Positions 20,986 through 30,182 of a stretch of 38,176 nucleotides of DNA are shown here, one piece after another. The position numbers and the translations under genes are program-made. Origin of the DNA: an uncultured Bacteroidales bacterium (GTDB lineage Bacteria > Bacteroidota > Bacteroidia > Bacteroidales > TTA-H9); the NCBI GenBank assembly GCA_937981455.1, contig CALJNV010000140.1:1-38176 (forward strand), read 5' to 3'. Under the pieces are notes generated by a model. That model searched no databases, had not been told where the DNA came from, and was given only the letters and a program-made list of their open reading frames with translations. The stretch's first letter is position 1. Each line of letters opens with the position of its first letter.

Positions 20986-22125
20986 ATGAAACGAATTATT
21001 CTTTTATTCCTCTTGGCCGGATCCATCGTTTTTGCTCAAGGCCAAACTGCTAAAAGGACTACCGCATTCAATTACCTCAAAAACGGGAAACTCGACAAAG
21101 CCCTGGAAAATATTGAACCCACCCTCACTCACGAAAAAACCATGAATGAAGCTAAAACATGGTTTTACAGAGGAAATATTTATCTGCAGATAGGCCTTTC
21201 TGAAAATCCTGAATACAAAAAATTAAGCGACAACCCTTTCCAGGTAGCACTCGAAAGCTATAAAAAAGCCCTCACACTCGAAGGGGCCAACGAATTTAAA
21301 CTCGACATCCTGCAAAACATGAATGTAATTGCTGAAGGTTTTTATACCCAAGGTGTCAATAAATTCAATTCACAAGACTTTTTAGGTGCGGCACAAGAAT
21401 TCGACCGAGCTGCCCTTGTAAAAAGCGAACTCGGTGTTTTCGACACGGCATCCATTTTCAACGCCGGTCTGTGTGCTGATTTTGGTAAAGATTACAACTT
21501 TGCCTTGCAGAAATACAAACAAGTATATAATGCAGGACAACGTACGCCTCAACTTTTAGTTGCTCTTACCCAAGTGGAAACTCGTTTAGGAGATACCGCC
21601 TCGGCTTTTAATACCATTGCAGAGGCCAGAAAACTCTATCCCGAAGATTTCAATGTTTTGATCACAGAAACCAACCTTTTCCTGGCAAAAAACCTTACCG
21701 AAAAGGCCCTTGAAAATTTAGAAATTGCCAAAAACTTCGATCAAACTAACCCCAGTATCTTCTTTGCCGTAGGGGCCAGCTACGATCGATTGGGTAATTT
21801 TCAAAAAGCAGAAGAAGCCTATCTTAAAGCTATTGAGATTAAACCCGACTATTTTGATGCAGTTTACAACCTGGGTGCCTTGTATGTAAACAAGGCCGCT
21901 TCGGTGCTCGATTTAGCCAATCAATTGCCATTGGAAAAAGAAAAAGAATATGAAGAAATGAAGGCACAGGCTGAAGAGTACCTGGCCAAAGCGCTACCTT
22001 TCCTAGAAATAGCCCACCAACTTGACCCTGGGGATCGCAACACCATGATTTCTCTCAAAGAAATCTATACACGACAAAATAAATTGGAAAAAGTGAAAGA
22101 AATGAACGAAAAATTAGGTCTTTGA
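20986..22125 (+). CDS. exported tetratricopeptide repeat protein
   Basis: Signal peptide and several TPR units (e.g. AEEAYLKAIEIKPDYFDAVYNLG). Sits after gyrA as commonly seen in Bacteroidota. Confidence 0.9.
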   Translation: MKRIILLFLLAGSIVFAQGQTAKRTTAFNYLKNGKLDKALENIEPTLTHEKTMNEAKTWFYRGNIYLQIGLSENPEYKKLSDNPFQVALESYKKALTLEGANEFKLDILQNMNVIAEGFYTQGVNKFNSQDFLGAAQEFDRAALVKSELGVFDTASIFNAGLCADFGKDYNFALQKYKQVYNAGQRTPQLLVALTQVETRLGDTASAFNTIAEARKLYPEDFNVLITETNLFLAKNLTEKALENLEIAKNFDQTNPSIFFAVGASYDRLGNFQKAEEAYLKAIEIKPDYFDAVYNLGALYVNKAASVLDLANQLPLEKEKEYEEMKAQAEEYLAKALPFLEIAHQLDPGDRNTMISLKEIYTRQNKLEKVKEMNEKLGL

Positions 22126-22147
22126 TACGATCTTTATAGAAGAAATG

Positions 22148-22177
22148 AAGCCCCCCCCTTTTTGGGGGGTTTTTTTT
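22148..22177 (+). terminator. intrinsic terminator after the TPR gene
   Basis: AAG-C8-TTTTT-G6 hairpin followed by a T8 tract. Confidence 0.85.
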
Positions 22178-22210
22178 ATCTTTAACCCTCCAAACTGCAA
22201 AACCTAAAAC

Positions 22211-23767
22211 ATGAAACACTTTGTATTATTTACCCTGTTCGCCGCATTGATGGGCGGCTCGCTGCAGAGCCAAAATGTAATGATAAGCAACTCGAATTAC
22301 CCAGAGGAGCCCTCTATCAAAATAAACCCCAAAAATCCCCGATTCATTGTAGCCGGGGCAAATCTTAACAATTATTTCTTTAGCAGCGATACAGGCCGAA
22401 CCTGGCAACAGGGTATTCTTACTTCACCTTACGGAGTGTGGGGCGATCCGGTTATTGATGTAGATACTGCGGGCCATTTTTATTTCTTCCACCTATCCAA
22501 CCCCCCCACAGGTAGTTGGATTGACCGTATTGTATGTCAAAAATCAACAAACAATGGACAAACCTGGAGTCCTGGCACATTTACAGGTCTCAATGGAACC
22601 AAAGCGCAGGATAAGCACTGGAGCGTGGTAGACCGCAACACCAACACCATTTACCTTACCTGGACACAATTCGATGTATATGGTAGCAGCAATGCTGCTG
22701 ACAGCAGCATCATTCTTTTTTCGAAAAGCACCGACGGAGGGGAAACATGGACAACGCCTGTACGCATCAACAAAAAAGCCGGCGATTGCATCGATAGTGA
22801 CAACACGGTTGAAGGAGCCGTACCTGCTATAGGTCCACAGGGCGAAATATACGTAACCTGGGCCGGCCCTGCTGGCATACGTTTCGACCGCAGTACCGAT
22901 GGAGGCCTCACTTGGCTCGATGATGACATTTTAATTGACCCCATGCCTGGCGGATGGGATTACGATATTCCAGGCATCAGCCGTTGCAATGGTTTGCCTA
23001 TCACCCGCTGCGACCTGAGCGGCGGCCCTTTTCATGGAACAATCTATGTAAACTGGACCGACCAACGAAATGGCAGCAACGATACTGATGTTTGGTTGGC
23101 TAAATCGACAGATGGAGGGAACACCTGGTCGGCACCTAAAAGAGTGAACGATGATGCCCCAGGCAAACATCAATTCTTTACCTGGATGGACCTTGACCAG
23201 GCTACCGGATGGCTATGGTTTGTTTTTTACGATCGCCGAAACTATAACGATAACCACACCGATGTTTTTCTTGCTGTCTCAATGGATGGAGGAGAAACCT
23301 TTATCAATAAAAAAATCAGCGAAAGCCCATTTCTGCCCAATGCAGGCGTATTCTTTGGAGATTATACCAATATCAGTGCCTACAACAATATCATTCGGCC
23401 AATTTGGACACGCTTGCAGGGAGGGCAGCTCAGCGTCTGGACCGACATAACCCCTGTTGATCAAATCTTGACAGGCACCCAGCAAAAAGATACAGCCAAT
23501 CCAGCCATTGAGATAGAAACCTATCCCAATCCCGCAAACGAAAAATTTTACTTGAGTTTTAAAATCCATGCTTCCTCCCAGGTTACTCTAAAAATTTATG
23601 ATCCTTTAGGCCGCTGTGTTGCCACACCCATCGATAGTGTTATCTACTCATATGGAAAACATGTGATTGAACTGGAGCCTTCACACTTAGGACTTGCTGC
23701 GGGTAACTACCTCTGTGTGCTTAGCTACGAAAACAAAACCGTAACCCGTAAAATTACTATTAATTAA
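22211..23767 (+). CDS. T9SS-secreted BNR/Asp-box beta-propeller (sialidase-fold) protein
   Basis: Signal peptide, six S-x-[DN]-x-G-x-T-[WF] Asp boxes and a C-terminal type A CTD (YPNPA...IYDPLGR...GNYL...RKITIN). Confidence 0.9.
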   Translation: MKHFVLFTLFAALMGGSLQSQNVMISNSNYPEEPSIKINPKNPRFIVAGANLNNYFFSSDTGRTWQQGILTSPYGVWGDPVIDVDTAGHFYFFHLSNPPTGSWIDRIVCQKSTNNGQTWSPGTFTGLNGTKAQDKHWSVVDRNTNTIYLTWTQFDVYGSSNAADSSIILFSKSTDGGETWTTPVRINKKAGDCIDSDNTVEGAVPAIGPQGEIYVTWAGPAGIRFDRSTDGGLTWLDDDILIDPMPGGWDYDIPGISRCNGLPITRCDLSGGPFHGTIYVNWTDQRNGSNDTDVWLAKSTDGGNTWSAPKRVNDDAPGKHQFFTWMDLDQATGWLWFVFYDRRNYNDNHTDVFLAVSMDGGETFINKKISESPFLPNAGVFFGDYTNISAYNNIIRPIWTRLQGGQLSVWTDITPVDQILTGTQQKDTANPAIEIETYPNPANEKFYLSFKIHASSQVTLKIYDPLGRCVATPIDSVIYSYGKHVIELEPSHLGLAAGNYLCVLSYENKTVTRKITIN

Positions 23768-24027
23768 AAATTTTTAGTGCTGTAAACCCCTGCTCTTCAA
23801 CAAATATTGATCCATATACCCTATTCAATGCCTATTTTCAACAGAATTCTAAATCATTCTGTTCCATTGATATGCTTAGATGTTTCAAACCTATTTTTGA
23901 TGAAATATGAGGTCATATTAGATTCAGGCACCCTAATGTGCATGTAAATTTTTTTGACGATTGTATTCCCCCTAGATTAACATAGAAACAATTGATATTC
24001 AATACATAATTACAATATATTAAAGAC

Positions 24028-24800
24028 ATAAGAAAAAAGTGGGCTTTTATTTTCATGATATTTCACCAAATATTTTTGATTTGAGCCACACCAAAACCCA
24101 TCGAGCCAAATTTCGTCTCTCTGTATTTAAAAAACAAAGGCATCATTTCAGTTTTTATTCAACCCAAAACAATATTAACACTCTAAATTCCCTGACATTA
24201 ACCTCAGGGAATAATGATTTCTAAAATAACAAAACATCAGGGAAGATACTAAATGGATTAAAAAACCACGGTGAAAATCTTTATCCATGAAAAGCATTTC
24301 AACACGCACTGAATGATTCGGGTGTCTCTATTGAATGGGTTTTGGAAATCTGTATAAAGATTAATTTACTGGGGTTTCACCCATGAATCCCAGAGGTATG
24401 CATACCCAAACATTATCTAACAAGTGATTTTTCATGGATTTGTTGAATGGCAGTTTCTTACGCACGCCGAGATAAAGCCTTTGCCAGAATACCCTGGTGG
24501 CTGGGCAAAGGATCTGCACATCACGAAGCAGGTCAATTAAATGATCGAATTTGTAAATCTGTAAAAATAATCGTATAAGAGAAGGCATAGCACACAAGGG
24601 CACAAGTAAAGAACGTATGCGATATAGACCGGCCAACACAAAGGGTTACAGACTTTTCGCTTCAATCGTCGAGTTCCTGATCGACAACTAGGGTATTGAA
24701 AATCAATCTTATTAATATAAGAGCATGAAAATATTGAACTAATATGCGATTTTGACAGAAAACACTCTTGAAAAATTAGATTAAGTATAGAAGGCGTAAA
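24028..24800 (+). pseudogene. heavily decayed peptidase MA-like (gluzincin) gene remnant; ends approximate
   Basis: Motif relics occur in order across several frames: HHFSFYST, KTTVKIF/LYP, VSPMNP (24374), QVIFHGFVE (24421), IPWWLGKGSAHHEAGQ (24489) and GYRLFASIVEFLIDN*G (24644). Many stops and frameshifts. Confidence 0.6.
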
Positions 24801-25024
24801 AGATGGAACAATACCCGGTAGAATGCTATGAAAACTACACCTAACAAATCATTTCGATTTTCATTGAAGAACATAACTTTAGTTGGAGCGGGGGGTCAAA
24901 ACTAGTCAAAAAAAGAAATTCCAAGTAACGCTTTACTTTTTATTGCAATCAAAAGAAATAATAAACTTAAGCAAATATCATCCTTCAAAAAAAATACAAC
25001 ACCCAGCATTATTTGGGGCAAAGC

Positions 25025-25054
25025 TTTGCGCAAACCCTGCATTGCATAACTTTG
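25025..25054 (+). promoter_or_regulatory. sigma-A promoter (-33 TTTG and -7 TAACTTTG)
   Basis: TTTG at 25025-25028, 18-nt spacer, TAACTTTG at 25047-25054, ATG at 25059. Confidence 0.65.
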
Positions 25055-25058
25055 CATC

Positions 25059-25664
25059 ATGAAATCTACCTTTCTCAACATTCGCCGATTTACACGCGAG
25101 AAGCTGAATGAAGGCTGGAGCCGTCAGCAGATTTTCGATCATTTAATTGAAAAGGCAGGCTCTGATGCTCAAAAAGACTATAAGAAGGTAGCAAGATTGG
25201 CAACCCTGATAGCTCGTTTTCCGCTTCAGGCCTTAAATCGGAAGATTCGCTGGGTGAAAACACTCATGATATTGAGCATCATGGGAGCCATTGGGCTGAG
25301 CTGGTTGGAGCAGTTGCCTTTAGCACGCATGTTGGGTCTGTTGGAGCTTCCCTGGTACATGATTACCCTATGGATTTTGGGCGCTAATTTTTTTAATCTG
25401 CTTAACCTTCTACTCTTGGGGCCAGCTATACGAATGAATAGAAAAGCCTATTTATGGATAATGATATTGAATACCTTTTTATTGGCCCGTTGGATTTGGT
25501 CATGGGCACTGGCTCCGGTGGCAGTAGTGCCCATTTTGATACTCATGGCCCTGCTGCGTACCATCATTGTTGTCACATCTGGGTTTCTTTATTTTAAATC
25601 AAACATCGCATTCGATATTCAAAAAATGGGTCAAAGTTTATATCATGTAATATTTAGAACTTAA
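25059..25664 (+). CDS. hypothetical membrane protein (about 4 TM)
   Basis: 201-aa ORF with a soluble N-terminal helical region and four hydrophobic segments. Has its own promoter and ends 12 nt before tamB. Confidence 0.75.
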   Translation: MKSTFLNIRRFTREKLNEGWSRQQIFDHLIEKAGSDAQKDYKKVARLATLIARFPLQALNRKIRWVKTLMILSIMGAIGLSWLEQLPLARMLGLLELPWYMITLWILGANFFNLLNLLLLGPAIRMNRKAYLWIMILNTFLLARWIWSWALAPVAVVPILILMALLRTIIVVTSGFLYFKSNIAFDIQKMGQSLYHVIFRT

Positions 25665-25676
25665 TATTGTAAAAGC

Positions 25677-28600
25677 TTGTATTTGAGGAATATTTCCAAA
25701 GGTTTATTTTACTTTACTGTAGTACTTGCATTTATAATTTCTACAGCAAGTGCCCTTATGCTTCATCCCTATTTTCAGCGAAAAGCTGCCCGGGCCATCG
25801 CTAGCCGCCTCACATCCATTGCAGGCACACCCATCTATATCTATAGTGCCTATCTTTCTCCTTCAGGAACGTTGCACCTTAAAAATTTCATTGTTGAAGA
25901 TTCTACGGGCTTACCTGTTATCGATGCGGCCAAAGTAAGCATCAAACTCTCGTACATCAGCCCCCTGGGGCACCGGGTGGTTTTTAGTAACCTGGAACTT
26001 GAAAATGCCAACGTTCAGGTAGTAAAACATTACGGTGATTCTTCCATAAGCCTGGTAAAAATTCTCCGAAAATTCGTTCCTGCAGATACTACCCCTTTTG
26101 GAATTGGCAACAATCATCTGATAGTCAAAAGGATAAGACTCGAGGCCTGTCATTTCACTTATCAAAACGGCAATAAATGCGGCAGAAAGGAATCGGGCAT
26201 GGACTACCATTTTATCGAGGTTTCCCAAATTTCGGGACTCATCAGAAATTACCACTTTACAGGCGACTCCATGGAATTTACGATCGATCGCCTTGCCGGA
26301 CGCGAAAGATCAGGCCTTAACATAAAAAATCTGCAGGCAAAGGTAGAGCTCTCCTCTCACCATATGGTTGCCACAAACCTTTACGCCCTGACCCCTATCA
26401 GCGAACTTGACCTCGACCTGGCATTTCGATACAACCGATGGATAGATTGGGAAAATTTTATCGACAGCGTATATATGAAGGGAACCTTCAGAAAAGGCAA
26501 ATTGAACATGCAAGATTTAGGCCCTTTCTATCCTCCTTTTTACACCATGAATCAAGAATTGAGATTTGATGGAAGAGCCGAAGGCACGCTGCCTATGCTC
26601 TCAGCTTATGATTTAAACATAGAGACAGGAAAAGCCACAAGATTTTCAGGCAATCTAACCCTCATTGGACTTCCCGAGCCTGAAGAAACTTATATGCGCA
26701 TCAAAGCCCGTTCCTTTACCACCACTTACAGAGATATTTGCAATTTGGTGGTGCCCGGAGGTCAGAAACTTTGTCAAACCATTTCAATACCGGCTCAAAT
26801 CACCTCTCTGGGTTATTTAACCATCCAAGGCAATTTCACAGGCTTTTACAACGATTTTGTAGCCGATGCCATATTTTCTACTGCCTTAGGAAGAGTATAT
26901 ACCGACCTGCGACTTAATACAGACTCGCTTCAACATTTTTCATACAGTGGCAATTTAAGAACCGAGCAATTCTATCTTGGGAAAATTGTTAATCTACCTG
27001 ATGCCATTGGAAGAGTGAGCTTGCATGGGTCCATCCGCGGCAGAGGTACCGATCCCCGCGACCTAACTGCCGAGTTAAACCTAAATATACCTGCTCTCGA
27101 AATAGGGGGATATACCTACACTGGATCTACTATCGATGGAATGATAGAAAATGCAAGTTTTAGCGGAATTTTAAGCATAAATGATCCTAATCTTAAATTC
27201 GATTTCGATGGGAGTATCGATTTCAGTCATCCACAGATGGAATTCAATTTTGATGCTACCCTCCATCATGCCTATCTGCAAAAGCTACTAATAGCCGACC
27301 GAGGTGATTCCCTTTGTAAACTAAGCTTCACCGTCAATGCCAACTTTTTCGCCAGCAATTTGTATGACCTCGAAGGATATGTAAACATCAACCACCTCAG
27401 ATACATAGAAAAAAATACTGAGTACCAAACCGGAAAAATTATTCTGGCTACTTCAGTTCAACCCGATGGATTTCGCACGCTGAGCCTTCTTTCGGGTATT
27501 TTAGATGCCGATATAAAAGGCCATTACAACCTTGCTGCTCTGGGGCCATCGCTCAATATTTTTCTTCAAAACTTTATTGCGACATTCAGGCTTAAAGAAA
27601 AAACCCACCCGGATCCTGGGGATCAAAATTTTACTTATACGATTAAAATTAAAAATTTTGAATTAATCTCTGGAATATGGTTTCCCTGGCTTCGGGTTGC
27701 AAAAAACGCCACCCTCAGAGGTTCTTTCGATTCCCGAAAAACTTCTATCACCCTGAAAGCCTCAGCCGATACAATATCGATCTACGGCCTCAAATTGTCC
27801 CATTTTTACGTAAATGGTCAGACTCTTGATCATCGATTGGATATCAGTAGCGGAGGCCTAAGGGCTTTACTTTGGCCCGCCAAAGACCTCACCGCAATTT
27901 ATGGTATTGATAGTTTAATGCTGCGACTCTCCATGTATAGCGACAGCATACACTACATTCTTTCCTGGGGAAAAAAGCAAGAAAAAAATTATTCTGGACT
28001 TATAAAAGGATTTTATGCATTTAGCAATTATCCTTCCATAGCCATGAAAGTAACGAGCGGCTCATTTCGCATAGCCGATTCTTTATACAATATTTTGCCC
28101 TCTAACTCCATTATCTTCAAAGGAGAAGGTCTTACCGAGGTTAGAAATTTTGAAATTAAGGGAAACCAGGAACATTTGCTGGTGGACGGAATTTTTGGGA
28201 AGGACTCAGCCCAGGTAATAAAGGCCCAATTCGATAAAGTAAACCTCAGTCATTTCAACTTTTTACTCAGCACTTTCAACTCTCGTATAGCTGGCAAACT
28301 CAATGGAAAGATACTTTTAAGAAACATTCTCGGCAAACCCTTTCTGGAATCAAAACTCTCAGTCAATGACCTCAACTTCAACAACACGCCTTTGGGGCAA
28401 CTCAGCCTCAATAGCACTTACAATGCAGCAAGGGAAGAATTAAAAATTGATGCTGAGACAGTTTACACGCAAAATCATACGGTGTATCGACCTGTTTCCT
28501 TAAAGGGGAGTTATTTTCCGTTTCGCACTCAGAACAACTTTGATTTACGACTTATAGCAGATAACTTCAACCTCAATGCGCTCGAATCTCTTATTCATCA

Positions 28601-30182
28601 GATATTTCCGACGCTTAGTGGACATGTAAGCACCTCAATTCAACTTAGGGGTAGTCCTTCAAAACCAGAGCTTTCTGGTAAAATTAAATTTTCCCAGACT
28701 CAATTCCGCGTGGCTTTTATCAATACATCCTACTCGATAAACGATGAAATCAGCCTCACCCCTTCGGCAATTATTTTTAACAACCTTACGATAAAAGATT
28801 CGATAGGCAATAAGGCCTTGTGCACAGGCCGTATTGAACATACTTGGTTGCGGGATTTTAATTTTGACCTCAAAATAAAACCCGAAAAATTCTTACTTTT
28901 CAACAATGATGCTTTACAGAACCCCGTTTTAAGTGGTAGTGGGTTTCTAAGCGGAGTGATAAATATCAGTGGGCCTCTTAAAAACCTGAATGTGAATATT
29001 GCTGCCACAACCGAAAGGGGTACTGAAGTCTACATCCCCCTGGCCTCGTCCATCGATGCGCAGCAAGCAGATTTTATAAGCTTCAGGCAGCATGAAGAGT
29101 TGCCTGAAAAAAAATCTATGGTTAAAAGTACGGTTGAGTTGAAAGGCTTTTCGGTAGTTGCCAACCTCACCCTTACGCCTCAAGCTCGTTTGCGCATTAG
29201 CCTACCACAAAATGCCGGAACCATTGAGAGCCAAGGAGATGGAAATATTAGCCTAGCCATCAGCAATCGCGGCGACCTTACCCTCACGGGTGATTACAAT
29301 ATACAATCGGGTACTTTCCTGTTTAATCTTCAAAATATTTTAAGCCGGGTGCTTGAGATCGAGAAAGGGAGTCGCATACACTTCCCCGGTAACCCCATGG
29401 ATGCAGAGATTGATTTGGCAGCCTCTTTTACCACACGCACCACCCTTACCGGCCTGGGCCTCGACCTCGACAGTACTATAACTAGCATCAGAATGCCTGT
29501 AAAAACCCTCATTCGGCTCCAAAACAAATTGCTTGATCCTCGCATAAGCTTTTCGATTAAATTTCCTAAAATCGACGAGGACATTCGACGTATGGTTTAT
29601 ACCCGCCTCGATACCACCAATGAAGTCCTTATGACACAACAGTTTGTATCATTGCTCGTGCTCAACAGTTTCAGTTTTACCCTCACAAATAAATCGCTGA
29701 GCAACAGTATTGGAATATCTTCATTCCAAATGATTTCTAACCAGATAAGTAATCTCCTTTCACAAGTCAGCCGCGATCTGGATATTGGAATCAATTACAG
29801 GCCGGGCGATGCCATCTCGGCCCAGGAATTGGAACTGGCCCTGCGCACTCAACTTTTTGATGAACGTGTAATCATAGATGGCAGTCTGGGTATGATCGGG
29901 GATCCCTCGCGCCAGCAAACCAGCAACTTTGTGGGCGATATCAATGTAGAAGTGAAATTAACAGCAGATGGCAAAATACGATTAAAAGCATTCAACCGTT
30001 CAAACAATATGGAATTAATTACCGTGTCGGCTCCTTATACGCAAGGGGTCGGGTTATCTTATCGCAAAGATTTTGAAGCCCTGGGCGACCTTTTCCGTCG
30101 CAAACGTAAAACCCTACAAACCTCTCAGGCGTTGAAACCTGAAGAACCTGCCTTGCAAGTTGATCAAACCGACAAAATGTAA
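25677..30182 (+). CDS. tamB: translocation and assembly module TamB domain protein
   Basis: 1501 aa with an N-terminal TM anchor, long beta-rich body and Bacteroidota-type C-terminus (QQFVSLLVLNSF, DIGINYRPGD, DGKIRLKAFNR, YTQGVGLSYRKDF). TTG start uncertain. Confidence 0.88.
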   Translation: MYLRNISKGLFYFTVVLAFIISTASALMLHPYFQRKAARAIASRLTSIAGTPIYIYSAYLSPSGTLHLKNFIVEDSTGLPVIDAAKVSIKLSYISPLGHRVVFSNLELENANVQVVKHYGDSSISLVKILRKFVPADTTPFGIGNNHLIVKRIRLEACHFTYQNGNKCGRKESGMDYHFIEVSQISGLIRNYHFTGDSMEFTIDRLAGRERSGLNIKNLQAKVELSSHHMVATNLYALTPISELDLDLAFRYNRWIDWENFIDSVYMKGTFRKGKLNMQDLGPFYPPFYTMNQELRFDGRAEGTLPMLSAYDLNIETGKATRFSGNLTLIGLPEPEETYMRIKARSFTTTYRDICNLVVPGGQKLCQTISIPAQITSLGYLTIQGNFTGFYNDFVADAIFSTALGRVYTDLRLNTDSLQHFSYSGNLRTEQFYLGKIVNLPDAIGRVSLHGSIRGRGTDPRDLTAELNLNIPALEIGGYTYTGSTIDGMIENASFSGILSINDPNLKFDFDGSIDFSHPQMEFNFDATLHHAYLQKLLIADRGDSLCKLSFTVNANFFASNLYDLEGYVNINHLRYIEKNTEYQTGKIILATSVQPDGFRTLSLLSGILDADIKGHYNLAALGPSLNIFLQNFIATFRLKEKTHPDPGDQNFTYTIKIKNFELISGIWFPWLRVAKNATLRGSFDSRKTSITLKASADTISIYGLKLSHFYVNGQTLDHRLDISSGGLRALLWPAKDLTAIYGIDSLMLRLSMYSDSIHYILSWGKKQEKNYSGLIKGFYAFSNYPSIAMKVTSGSFRIADSLYNILPSNSIIFKGEGLTEVRNFEIKGNQEHLLVDGIFGKDSAQVIKAQFDKVNLSHFNFLLSTFNSRIAGKLNGKILLRNILGKPFLESKLSVNDLNFNNTPLGQLSLNSTYNAAREELKIDAETVYTQNHTVYRPVSLKGSYFPFRTQNNFDLRLIADNFNLNALESLIHQIFPTLSGHVSTSIQLRGSPSKPELSGKIKFSQTQFRVAFINTSYSINDEISLTPSAIIFNNLTIKDSIGNKALCTGRIEHTWLRDFNFDLKIKPEKFLLFNNDALQNPVLSGSGFLSGVINISGPLKNLNVNIAATTERGTEVYIPLASSIDAQQADFISFRQHEELPEKKSMVKSTVELKGFSVVANLTLTPQARLRISLPQNAGTIESQGDGNISLAISNRGDLTLTGDYNIQSGTFLFNLQNILSRVLEIEKGSRIHFPGNPMDAEIDLAASFTTRTTLTGLGLDLDSTITSIRMPVKTLIRLQNKLLDPRISFSIKFPKIDEDIRRMVYTRLDTTNEVLMTQQFVSLLVLNSFSFTLTNKSLSNSIGISSFQMISNQISNLLSQVSRDLDIGINYRPGDAISAQELELALRTQLFDERVIIDGSLGMIGDPSRQQTSNFVGDINVEVKLTADGKIRLKAFNRSNNMELITVSAPYTQGVGLSYRKDFEALGDLFRRKRKTLQTSQALKPEEPALQVDQTDKM

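Noticed and set aside
22370-23310. Recurring GATGGAGG/GACGGAGG-like sequences as DNA repeats or a CRISPR array
   Set aside because: They encode the protein's Asp-box repeats, are degenerate, and are too widely spaced.
24039-24224. 61-aa plus-strand ORF as an independent small gene
   Set aside because: Better explained as one fragment of the pseudogene.
24481-24505. LPEYPGGW resembling the TonB C-terminal PEFPGG motif
   Set aside because: No further TonB features follow, and the overlapping frame IPWWLGKG fits the collinear peptidase pattern better.
24361-24639. 92-aa minus-strand ORF in the gap
   Set aside because: It is the antisense of the decayed peptidase-like region, starts at TTG and has no motifs.
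24028-24800. Recoding (stop readthrough or selenocysteine) as an explanation for the in-frame stops
   Set aside because: All three stop types plus several frameshifts and lost metal ligands indicate decay. Neighbouring genes use the standard code.
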